Part shown: one piece after another, positions 1 through 12,402 of the stretch
Numbering within the stretch: position 1 is the first letter of the stretch
Layout: the number at the start of each line of letters is the position of its first letter
Origin: Paraspadella gotoi
Lineage: Eukaryota > Animalia > Chaetognatha
Length of the DNA stretch: 64,000 nucleotides
Direction: 5' to 3'
Assembly (NCBI GenBank): GCA_051294375.1
Contig: CM119266.1
Span: forward strand, 5,631,053 to 5,695,052
The notes under the pieces: generated by a model
What the model was told of the DNA's origin: nothing
The model's database searches: none
The model's input: the letters and a program-made list of their open reading frames with translations, nothing else
Made by a program: the position numbers and the translations under genes

Positions 1-30
<30 letters not shown>

Positions 31-35
<5 letters not shown>

Positions 36-501
36 TATCAATTTTTCTCACGCGCTGACGATGAAATTGCGAACATCGAATGAGATTTTTGTTAACAAGA
101 AAACATTTTTTTTCAGTCATGTACAACATATATCGATATAACGTCGTTATATTTCATGTGAAACATACAAAATTTTAGCAGTTGATAATTATTTTATAAC
201 GCCCAATTTATGTAAACTTGTCTAAACTTAAGGGCCTTAGAAAGTATTAACTATTTTAAACATTCAATTTGATACATATATTTTAGTTTTTCAAGATTTA
301 AATCAAAATATGAAGTCAGTATAGTAATCCCGAGTCTATTAAATATTATTCCTCTCACAAAAAAAATAAAAAAAGTTGGTGAATCGAATTTTGATTCGAA
401 GCGAATCTGTTTTACAGCAGAAGGAACATCAATTTTTTTCCCTTTTTTCAGTTTAAAGGAGAAAAAGAGGATTTGATTCGGTTGCTAAGCAACGATCAAC
501 C

Positions 502-520
<19 letters not shown>
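31..520 (+). repeat. Segment repeated as an insertion-riddled copy at ~2407-3300
   Basis: Shared anchors in the same order, e.g. TGACGATGAAATTGCGAA, ATCTGTTT(T)ACAGCAGAAG and GGATTTGAT. The second copy is inflated by many short insertions. Confidence 0.8.
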
Positions 521-538
<18 letters not shown>

Positions 539-3369
539 ACCTAAGGAAGCGGTGCGCGTGACTCACTCGCTCATGACATCAAAAACTCAGTCATTTGATT
601 GATCTTTCTATTATTGCGATATGGCTATCTGTTATACGTTCCACACTGGTTTCACGTTCACAAATAGCACGAGTAATCAATCACTCCTGATCTACGCATG
701 GAAGCAGAATATACAACTGCGTACTAATACAAGTATAGTATAGAATGTCTATGTCTTAAAACCGTAATAAATACGCCCACGAAGGACGGCTCCTTCGCGG
801 CAAACATCGCGCCAATCACCTTGAAACAGAACATAATCCAATGGAACTTGAAATATATATACACGGTGGCGTCTTCAGTCATATAAACTCCTCGGAACGA
901 GTTCCCGCATGGAAAGCATCTGAATCCGAGATAGCTCAAGCATCTCAAACGTTTAAGTGAGGGTAATGTATTCAACTCAAAGAACTCACAATGAAAGTAT
1001 AGCAAAAGTTGTCTTGACGGCGCATATACCTACGGAAATTAAAAAACCAAGGTGAGAGAGAGAGCTACGCAGTTATTATGGTACAGTGAGAAGAGACGAT
1101 CGTGACGAGATTGTTATGTAGTACACTCTTTGTGTGAACAGTCGCGAAGAGCGCACCAGTAGAACTAGATCCAGCAATCGCAGTGACAAAGCGATGACGC
1201 AGGACGAGGACACGCGAGAGCACAATTAATGAATTCTGAGTATTTTACAATCCCTTACGGTAGAGCAGTGAGTTCAGGAGTAGTAGATGAGTGAGAGCTT
1301 GTATGAGACAAGAGTTTACGTTGGTCATGAGTTATTCGGTCTGGCCATTGTTTCTCCAACCTATCTTAACTTTTTTATATATTCTCTCTCTCTTTTTCAT
1401 ATTATTGTTTTAACAATAAACAAGTAGTTCTGTTGATATGGTAGTCTGCGCAGAAGACGAGGAGACCGGACGGAGACCCATCAGATTTGGAGCGTATTCT
1501 TCTGAGTTTGATTTGTTAACTGGTATCGCATTCAACTCCATAGTAAAATCTACAGGTCAAATCTGCCACGAAAAAGAGTTCACCTTTCTAAGCTCAATTC
1601 TTAGTTCGGACGGCAGAAAAAATTTACTCATTTTCTCACGCATGAGGTTCAGTCAACCGAATCAACGCTGAAGTGGGCGAGTGTAGAGTCGATGAAACAG
1701 TAAGTCGAACGCTTAACGATTCAATATTTCGTCCTGGCATTGGTACCAATCTAGTACAAGTGACTCTTGCGGCAAGATGAGACGAGTGTCGGTTCTCTAT
1801 GAAAAAACTTCTTCCTCGCCTCGGTGGCTCCTAGAACAGGTGTCTTGTCCTCTCTGTCACTCTCGTTCCGGCCTACGATGAGCTCGCTCTCTCCTTACGA
1901 GGTCTCGGTCTCTGCCGTCAAATGAGCGCCAGCCAGTGCATGAAGGCTCGTGGTCCTTCGACTTATAGAACCTGTAGTCCCATTTACTTCTGCAACTTTT
2001 CGAAGTCTTCTCTCTCTCTCTCACCCTCTTCTTTACGAATATTCCTTTCTTTCTTCCCTCTCTTCCATCTCCTGTCCTTCCCGCGTTTGGCGAAGTAGTG
2101 TTGGGGGATTGACGGGGTCATGTCTTCGGAAACCATGCTAACCGATTGCCGTTCAGCCGGATTTTGAGGCGTGATCACTTTCTAGTCCTCTAATCTGGAG
2201 AGGCGGAAGAGAGAACTGTTCCCCCCTAGTCAAATTTCTTTCCACCCCATCTACAGAGAAAAATTGGAATACAAAGGTAGTTTACCCTCCAAGTGAGTAT
2301 AGTGAGAGACCGAGAGAAAAATGAGGCAAGGAAGGAGTGAGAGAGGAAGAGTAGCAGGAAGAGAGAGGAGGATGGAGAGAGAAGAAGAGAGGAGAGGACG
2401 CGAGACAGTGATAATCAATTTTTTTCTCAGCTTGGAAAGGCGACCGTTTTCGTTCCGTCGTACGAAGTTCACAGCGCAATTGACGATGAAATTGCGAAAC
2501 TCATGTGTCAAAGATTGGATCAGTACTAATACTTTGGAGAATTACGTTTTTGTTTAAATTTCCTTTTTTTATTAAGGTTTATACAATAACCTATTTTTTT
2601 GTTAATTTTCGGGTAGTGCATTGATAATCATCAATATTATAATTTCGCAATGACTTGAACAGTGTCATCTTGTTTCTAGCGATATATGTTGGACATAACG
2701 GCTCAGGGATGGAATAAACAATCACAAGTAATTTATTAGGGCAGTTGATTAAATTGTCTCATTTTTGATAATGGGACTGGCGCCGATTTTAATGTAAAAC
2801 TTAGTGTTCTTAAAACTTTAAGGGGCGCTGGTTTATTTTTTAGTAAATAGTTTACAGAATTTACCTATATTTAACAGAAGCCTAGCTCTGTATCATTCTT
2901 ACATTCAAGTTTGCTATACTATATTTTTTAGTTTCAGATTCCAAATCATCTAATTACTGAAGCAACTGTCTAGTATTCCAGAAAGATAAAGCGTACTACA
3001 TAAGATGTCGATTCAATCTGCCACAATGTGGACCGATTATTACAATTGTTTCCTCTGACAGAAAAATGAGAAGAAGTTGGAGCTTGAATCGATCATCTTT
3101 GGGATTCATGAGATAGCGATCTGTTTACAGCAGAAGAACATCATTTTGTTCGCCTCTCCCGATAATCTTTTTATCTAGGTTCATTAAACAGGGGAAGCAA
3201 AAAAAGCAGGATTTGATGATACGGTGGTTGTCAATTAATAAGCGTGTTAGGAGGAGAGACACGAGAATCACCGAACCCTAATCGATTTCTTCTTCTTCGT
3301 CTCTTCTCCTTTTTATCTCTCTCGTCATCAATCTCTCCTCTCTCTATCGTGCGCTCTCTCTCTCTCAAT

Positions 3370-3830
3370 CATCTCTTTGAAAAGAAAGGGACGAAGAAGA
3401 GGAGGTTAGCGAGGGGGGGGCGAAGTATCCTTTGTTCTTTGTTCTTTTTCCTCGATTTTTTTCGTGATAGTTTTCGTTCGCTAAGGAAATAAAGCGGAAA
3501 ACAAAGGAAACCAAACAAAAATAAAACGGAAAGAAACAGAGGAAAAAAATTAAATAAAGGAATAGTAGAAAAAGAAAGAACCTTAANNNNNNNNNNNNNN
3601 NNNNNNNNNNNATCTCTTTGAAAAGAAAGGGAAAGGAAGAGAGAGGAGCGGGGGGGGGGGGGGCGAGTAATCCTTTGTTCTTTGTTCTTTTTCCTCGATT
3701 TTTTTCGTGATGAGTTTTTCGTTCGCTAAGGAAAATAAAGCGGAAAAACAAAGGAAACAAACAAAAAAAAACGGAAAGAAACAGAGGAAAAAATTAAAAT
3801 AAAGGAATAGTAGAAAAAGAAGAGAACCTT
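3370..3830 (+). repeat. ~220-bp direct duplication on both sides of a 25-N gap (3587-3611)
   Basis: ATCTCTTTGAAAAGAAAGGGA...AAATAAAGGAATAGTAGAAAAAGAA occurs both before and after the gap. Confidence 0.92.
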
Positions 3831-3834
3831 TTAA

Positions 3835-6800
3835 AAAAGAAAAAGATTCTTCAAATTTTGTGATTAAATAATATCATTGATCTTGAAACATTTTTGGGGG
3901 ATTTTGTGAATAAAAATTTGGTGAAAAATATTCATTCGAAAACTACGTTCTAAAATTTGCGGTTATACATCTTAAAAACTCGTCCTATTTGTCTAGTCAT
4001 TAAGAAAATTATGAGCTTTGTCTATATCCCCGTCCGATGTATACAACTCCTGTCATCAATATCCATGTGTTTTTTGTTTGAAAGAATTGAAAAAGTGAAA
4101 AATATAGTAAATTATATAAGGTTTTTGAAAATCCTTTAAATATTAATAATTGACACAAGGGGATCAAGCAGAGAAACTCCCATTCATAAAGAAAATGGAA
4201 AATGAATTTGTCATATTGCTTATTCTAGATTAATTGACTAATTACAAACAAGATTCATATAAATTGAGGAAATGATGGGTAAAAAATTCATACTTGGCTC
4301 GGTAACTATTAGGTATCGTTAAAGTTTGTTTTAATAATATTAATATTTTTTTTGCATTTTAATAAAAGCAATGTGGTCTAAAATTTGTCAGCCGTTTTAG
4401 CTAATATGCTTCATCTTTTTACTAATTTTTTGATCTAGTTAGCTTTTTTGTTGATGTCAAGGGTTATGGTCAATACAGTAAAATGTCCAGTAGTGTAATA
4501 TCGCGCATATTACCAAAAATAATGATCAATAATTTGGCTCAGAAAACAATTTTAAAAGGGACAAAATAGCAGAGGACCGTTTTCGCGCCACGTTATTTTT
4601 TCATGTGTCATATATCATATGAACTTTCTCTCTATCCCGTTCAACACTTTGGGCAATTGCGAGTTTTGTCTATATCTCCTAGAACTTTGTACGTATCCCA
4701 TAACAGATTTGTTAATATTAACGTCTCCTGTCCGACTTCAAAATTACAAATTAAAATTTTTCCCTCGAATTTAATTCTCCATTTTTTCACATCCTCCTTT
4801 CCCGAAAAGCGACTTGAACGAAAAGTCAGATTCGAGGCTTAAATTTAAAAACACACCATATGTTTTCGGCTCATCGGCGGAAAAATTGCGACAAAAAAGG
4901 ATTAAAAAAAAAGGAAAGAGGGGGAATAATGCGGGTCAACCAAAGCGTGGGTGCACCATAAGAGTCATGGCACCACTGGACAGGGATGCACCATGGAATC
5001 ATTGCGAAGCAAAAAACTAAATTTAATCCCGAATTAGAACGGATTTTCTTCTTTCTTCTTTTTTAAGCGGTGAAATTTAATCGAGACGAGACGCTGAGGG
5101 AGAAAAAAAAATGTTCGCACATCTGGTTTGAAGTTCTGTTCGTACACATGTTCTCTCTGTGTCTCTTCTCTCTGTGTCTCCTGTCTCTCTTTTCTCTGTC
5201 TCTACTCGCGGTTTCCCAGCAGCGAAAACAACCAAGAGTATTTCGCAATCCGTAGTTAATGGAAAGAAAAGAAGAGAAAAGAAGATTTTTACGGACGAAT
5301 CGATCAAAAATTGTATAATAAAGTTCGAATCTTTTGTTACTTTTTTCGCTGTTTTTAAAATAATCTACATCTCGGTTTTCCTGAATACTAAAACTTTGTC
5401 TTTAGGTAAATATTTAATTTTTTGAGATAGTAATTTCCGATGTTCCAAAGATGCTACATTATATTTTAAAGTTGTATAGTATTAAGAAACCGTTGAGAGA
5501 GCATTATAGAACTTTTTATTAAAGTTTTTGATCATAATTTGTAGTACGGCTTGACGACTTTATAAAATTTAAATAAATGCAGGATGATAAACTAATCCGT
5601 GCTGAGTTGTAAAAAAGGTGAATTAAAATTATCTTGCTCAATGTTGATAAAGTACCATGTGGGTTTATTTCTTGATAATTTATAAAATAAAACCTTTCAC
5701 ATTCTTGATTAATTCTTAATTTGATTATATTTTTAAATTAAAAAAGTACACTGTCGAGTTCATTCCTAACTTTTGACATTTCGAAACCTCAAAGTCGGAC
5801 TTCAGTCCTACACGCTTGACGACGCGGTGATTCGTGTGAATGATGATCATCTCTAATTTCGTGAGGTGGAAGCTTAAAAGGGAATGATGGATTCCTCCCT
5901 TCCTCCTCCCCTCTCTCCTCTACTCTCCTCTCCCGCTTTCCCAATATAAAACTCATGAACGAAGCACCATAGAGAATGGGAGCTTGAATACATCTTTGAA
6001 TCAGCGCCATAATCTTGATGAGGCTAGGACGAGAAGACGAAAGAGAGAGAGAGCGAGAGAGAGAATGCGAAGCATCCGTCTTTTGGGAGATTTTTGGAAC
6101 AATGGGATGAAGGAAAGATTTTCACAGAATAAATTTATCCGCGCGAGAATACAGCGACATCGTTTACAACGCGATTAAAGTTGCTGACGTTTTTTCATCA
6201 ATCCAAAAGTACAGTAATGTTGAAAATCGTAGTTAAATATGAAGACTGTTTAGGTTGTACAATTAATTATGAACGTTAAATCTGATTACGGGAAACGTTA
6301 TTTTAAGATTATCAGATGTTTATTTAGATGGTTATAACTGTACATTTTCTATACATTTTTTTTGGTTTCGTCGTTAAAGTAAGTAAAGACCATAATCTAT
6401 CGTGATAAATAAATGAAAAAGTGATCATATTGTGGATAAGGCGCCTACGCTGGCCTTGAAGATGACTGTCCGTAACTTCTATAACCCTCTACAGCCATGG
6501 AACGGTCCCTGGGCTGGAACCAGGCTTGAGGTTTGCCAATGCCCACGGCCCGGCTTACGGCGTCCTCACGCTCCCCGAAGGGTAGTCTCGGTTGGGTGAA
6601 CCGTACTATGTCATGAGCTGATGGTTTACTCAATAGCCACCGGTCACAACTGAAACGTGTCATGATTCTAGGCGGGGTGAACCTAGGCAATGCCGACTAC
6701 ATATATATTATATTATATATAATATAAACGTGAAGACAGGAATATTGCCGATGAACATATTGAACTCTGTGAATAAGCAGTGAATCTCGCGATGGAAGAT

Positions 6801-7947
6801 AAATGAATCTCTCGGAGTGCAAGATAGGGAACAAAGACAGCGAATTTTCCGTTTGTGAAATAATGAATATAACAGAGAAGATAGCGAAATCAGTGAACTA
6901 TCATGCCAAGTTAAAGGTAATGAATTATTGTGAATCTTGCGAGTGAGGATAGGCAAAGTCAGTAATCTCCGGAAGCGGAAGATCGTTCAACAATCTCCAA
7001 CTTCCTCTATCACGACGGCGACTGATGAAGAATCGTTCACGAATCCGACGACTCGAGAGCTTTGACCGATTTCCTCTTCGCCGTGACTTTGACCCTATGA
7101 CCTCTGAGCCGAACACCGACCCTGAAATCCGACCCCAATGACCCGGGGCTGACCTGACCCGACGTCGACCTGACCCCGGTAGACGCTGATGCGACAATAC
7201 CGTCGTCGAAGAATGTCGTCGGGTTGTGGGAATGAGAAGCACTATGACGACGACGAAGATGAATACGAAGAAGAAGACGAATGACGAAGAATAAGAGGAA
7301 TGACGAAGAATAAGAGGATGACGAAGAAGGGAGACGATGATGAAGAATAAGAGGAGACGAAGAATAAGAGGATGACGAAGAATTGATGGGACCGACGAAG
7401 ATGACAATAAATAAGAAACGACTACGACTATGACGATATAAAGAGACATGGAAGAAATGACAAACGAACAAGAGGAACGTAACGAAGATGAACATGACGA
7501 CGAACAAGAGGACGACAAAGACGACAATGAGACGAAATAAAGAGCGGTGACAAAGATGACAATGAGGAAGAAAGAGGATGACAAAAGATGACACTGACGA
7601 CGTCGCTGATGACAAAAAAATTAATTGACTGACAACTGACAAGTAGGCGATGACTATGAAACTTTGCTTGCGAGAGTGAGACAAAGGGCAAGGAAGACAA
7701 CAGGGGGGGGGGGGGGGGGGGGGTGAGGTGGAATGTCCTTCGTCAATTCAAAGTAAATTCGGAATTTACCTCTTTACAAAAGTTTGTAAGATGACGTTAA
7801 CGAAGTCGTGATGGCGCGGCGGATGATTAAGACGAGACGTAACGACGACGACGACGACGACGATATCGTGATGAAGCGGCGATGGCCCGAAGGTAACGAT
7901 TCCCGAGTGAGTTAGACGTCAGAGAGAGAGAGAGAGAGAGATGAGAG

Positions 7948-7988
<41 letters not shown>

Positions 7989-8082
7989 GAGATTCCATTT
8001 CCAAGTTAGTCAGGATTTTTCGGCCAAACGGATGAAGATGAACAACGAACTCTCTCTCTCCTCTCCTCTCTCTCTCTCTCTA
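3835..8082 (+). repeat. Copy 1 of a ~4.2-kb duplicated block (matches ~8085-12500 and, for its distal part, ~17160-19110)
   Basis: Collinear anchors: AAAAGATTCTT(C)CAAATTTTGTG at ~3840 and ~8092; GCATCCGTCTTT at ~6072, ~10641 and ~17171; CGAGTGAGTTAGACGTC at ~7905 and ~18935 (TGAGTGAGTTAGACGTC at ~12345). Differences are mostly 1-bp indels. Confidence 0.93.
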
Positions 8083-8956
8083 TTAAAGAAAAAAGATTCT
8101 TCCAAATTTTGTGAATTAAAATAAATACATTGATCTTTGAAACAATTTTTTGGGGGATTTTTGTGAATCAAAAATTTGGTGAAAAATATTCAGTTCGAAA
8201 ACTACGTTCTAAATTTTGCGTTTCAATCTTAAAAACTCGTCCTAAACTTTGTCCTTGTTTCATAAGAAATTATGAGCTTTGTCTATATCCCGTCCGATGT
8301 ATATCAACATCCTGTCCATATATCCATATATCATATGAACTTTCTCTCTATCCCGTTCAAACTTTGTGGCCAATTGGAGTTTTGTCTATATCTCCTTAGA
8401 ACTTTGTACGTATCCCATACAGACTTTGTCTATATACGTTCTTGTCCGACTTCAAAATACAAATTAATTTTTCCCTCGAATTTAATTCTCCCATTTTTTC
8501 GATCCTCCTTTCCCGAAAAAGGCGACTTAACGAAAAGTCAGATTCGAGGCTTAAATTTAAACACACCATAGTTTCGGCTCATGGCGGAAAATTGGCGACA
8601 AAAAAAGGATAAAAAAAAAAGAAAGAGTGGGAATAATCGGGTCACCAAAGCGTCGGGGCACCATAGAGTCATGGCACAATGAAAGGGATGCACCATGGAA
8701 TCATTGGCGAAGCTAAAAACTAAATTTAATCCGAATTAGAATCGGATTTTTCTTTCTTTCTTCTTTTTTAGCGGTGAGAATTTAATGAGACGAGACGCTG
8801 AGGGAGAAAAAAAAATGTTCCGCACATCTGGTTTGAAGTTCTGTTCGTAAACATGTCTCTCTCTGTGTCTCTCTCTCTCTGTGTCTCTGTCTCTCTTTTT
8901 CTCTGTCTCTATCTCGCGGTTTCCAGGCAGCGAAAACAACCAGAGTATTTCGCAAT

Positions 8957-10314
8957 CCGTAGTTAAGGAAAAGAAAAGAGAGAAAAGAAGATTTACGGAT
9001 CGAATCGATCAAAAATTGTATATAAAGTCGAATCTTTTGTTTACTTTTTCGCTGTTTTAAAATTAATCTACATCTCGGGTTTCCTGAATGACTAAAACTT
9101 TTGTCATTAGGTAAATATTTAATTTTTTGAGATAGTAATTCCCGATGTTCCAAAGATGCTACTATTATATTTTAAAGTTATATAGTATTAAGAAACCGTT
9201 GAGAGAGCATTATAAATTTTTATTAAAGTTTTTGATCATAAATTTTAGTACGGCTTGACGACTTTATTCTTGATAATTTATAAAATAAAACCTTTCACAT
9301 TCTGATTTAATTCTTAATTTGATTATATTTTAATTAAAAAAGTACACTGTCGAGTTCATTCCTAACTTTTGACATTTCGAACCTCAAAGTCGACTTCAGT
9401 CCTAACGCTTGACGACGCGGTGATTCGTGGTGAATGATGATCATCTCTAATTCGTGAGGTGGAAGCTTAAAAGGGAATGATGGATCCTCCTCTTCCTCCT
9501 CCTCCTCCTCCTCCTCCTCCTGGCGGCAAGAGTGACGACTATTCTATATACAGAGAAGACCAATGCAAACACAACTGCTAATTGTATTGTAATTGTTTTT
9601 TTATTCGCCCACCAAATCACCGTAGTTAAGGAAAAGAAAAGGAGAAAAGAAGATTTACGGATCGAATCGATCAAAATTGTATATAAAGTCGAATCTTTTG
9701 TTTATCCTTTTTAAATTAACCTGTTTTAAAACTATATATCTCCATCTCGGGTTTCCTGAATGACTAAAACTTTTGTCATTAGGTAAATATTTAATTTTTT
9801 GAGATAGTAATTCCCGATGTTCCAAAGATGCTACTATTATATTTTAAAGTTATATAGTATTAAGAAACCGTTGAGAGAGCATTATAAATTTTATTAAAGT
9901 TTTTTGATCATAAAATTTTAGTACGGCTTGACGACTTTATCTTCGATAATTTATAGGAAATAAAACCTTTCACATTCTGATTTAATTCTTAATTTGATTA
10001 TATTTTAATTAAAAAAGTACACTGTCGAGTTCATTCCTAACTTTTGACATTTCGAACCTCAAAGTCGACTTCAGTCCCTAACGCTTGACGACGCGGTGAT
10101 TCGTGGTGAATGATGATCATCTCTAATTCGTGAGGTGGAAGCTTAAAAGGGAATGATGGATCCTCCCTTCCTCTCCTCCTCTCCTCCTCCTCCTCCTCCT
10201 CCTCCTCCTCCCGCTTTCCAATATAAAACTCATGAACAGAAGCACCATAGAGAATGGAGCTTGAATGACGATTTTGAATTCAGCGCATAACTTTGATGAC
10301 GCTGAGGACGATGA

Positions 10315-10399
<85 letters not shown>

Positions 10400-10534
10400 C
10401 NNNNNNNNNNNNNNNNNNNNNNNNNCTCTCCCGCTTTCCAATATAAAACTCATGAACAGAAGCACCATAGAGAATGGAGCTTGAATGACGATTTTGAATT
10501 CAGCGCATAACTTTGATGACGCTGAGGACGATGA

Positions 10535-10606
<72 letters not shown>

Positions 10607-10620
10607 AGAGAGAAGAGAGA
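8957..10620 (+). repeat. Nested local re-duplications (8957-9520 repeated at 9620-10200; 10207-10400 repeated after the 25-N gap 10401-10425)
   Basis: CCGTAGTTAAGGAAAAGAAA...GGGAATGATGGATCCTC occurs twice. CTCCCGCTTTCCAATATAAAACTCATGAACAG...(GA)n occurs identically on both sides of the gap. Confidence 0.92.
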
Positions 10621-12366
10621 GAGAGAAAGAGAGAATGAGAGCATCCGTCTTTGAGATTTGTTGGAACATGGGATGACAGGAAGATTTTCACAGAATAAAT
10701 TTATCCGCGCGGAATACAGCGAACATCGTTTACAACGCGATTAAAGTTGGCTGACGTTTTTCATCAAATCAAAGTACAGTCAATGTCGGAAAACGTCGTT
10801 AAATATGAGACTGTTTAGTTGTACAATTAATAATGAACGTTTAAATCTGATACGGAAACGTTATTTAAGATTATAGATTTTTATTTAGATGGTTAATAAC
10901 TGTACATTTTCTATACATTTTTTGTTTCGTCGTTAAGTAAATGTAAAGACCATAAATCTCGTGATAAATAAATAAAAGAAAGTGATATATATATATTAAA
11001 TATATATTATATATATATATATATCAAGTGAAGACAGGCATATTGGCGAGTGAACATATTGAATCTTGTGAATAAGGCAGTGAATCTCGCGAGTGAAGAT
11101 AATGAATCTCGCGAGTGAAGATGGGAGCAGAGCAGCGAATTCGTTTGTGAAGATAATGAATATAACAAAAGATAGGAATAGTGAAGTACTGCTCCGAGTA
11201 TAGGTAATTTTATTATTGTGAAAATCTTCGTGAGTGCAAAGATCAAGAAGAGTGAATCTCCGCGAGCTGAAGACGTTCACCATCTTCACTCTCCTCTCTT
11301 CACGAAACGGGGATATAGATGAGGATCGTTTCACAAGGTCGACGACTCGTAGAGACTTTGACCGATTTCCTCTTCGCCGTGACCTTTGACCTATGACCCT
11401 CTGAGCGAACACCGACCTGAATCCGACCCCAATGACCCGGGCTGACCTGCCCGAGTCGACTGACCCGGTTAGACGTGATGCGGACAATTACGTCGTCGAA
11501 TGAATGGTCGTCGGGTTTGTGAGGATGAAGAAGACGATGGACGACGACCGAGAAGAATGAAAAGAAGTGAGGAAAACGAGAGGAGACGATGACGAAGAAG
11601 AGTGAGAAGAAGGAATGAAAATGAGAGACGAAGAAGGCGATGACAGAAGGAGTGAACGAAGAAGGACATAATGAGAATAAGAGGATGACGAAGAAGGAGA
11701 CGATATAGAAGCAGGAGATACGAAGAAGGAGACGAAGAAAGAATAAGAGGATGACGAAGATAAACGATGAGAAGATGAGATGACTGAGAAGGAGACGATG
11801 ATGAAGAATAGAGGATGAACGGAAGAATGATGGGACGACGAAGATGACAATAAATAAGAAAACACTACGACTATGACGATGCATAAGAAGGACAATGAAG
11901 ATATGACAACGAACAAGAGGACGACGAAGATGAAATGACGACGAACAAGAGGCGAAAAGACGACAATGACGACGAAAAGAGGATGACAAAGATGACAATG
12001 AGGAAGAATAAGAGGATGACTAAAGATGACACTGACGACGTCGCGATGACAAAAAATATTAATTGACCTGACAACTGCACAAGTACGGCGATGATATGAT
12101 ATAACTTTGCTTGCGGAGAGTGAGACAGAAGGGCAAGAAGACAACTGAGGTGAATTCCCTTCGTCAAGTTTCAAGTAAAATTCGGACATTACTCTTTACA
12201 AAATTTGTAAGATGACGTTAACGAAGTCGTGGATGGTGGCGGCGATGATTAAGACGACGACGAACGACTACGCGACGCGACGACGACGACGACTGACGAC
12301 GATATCGATGATGAAGCGCGATGGGCCGAGGTAACGAATTCCCTGAGTGAGTTAGACGTCGAGAGA

Positions 12367-12402
<36 letters not shown>

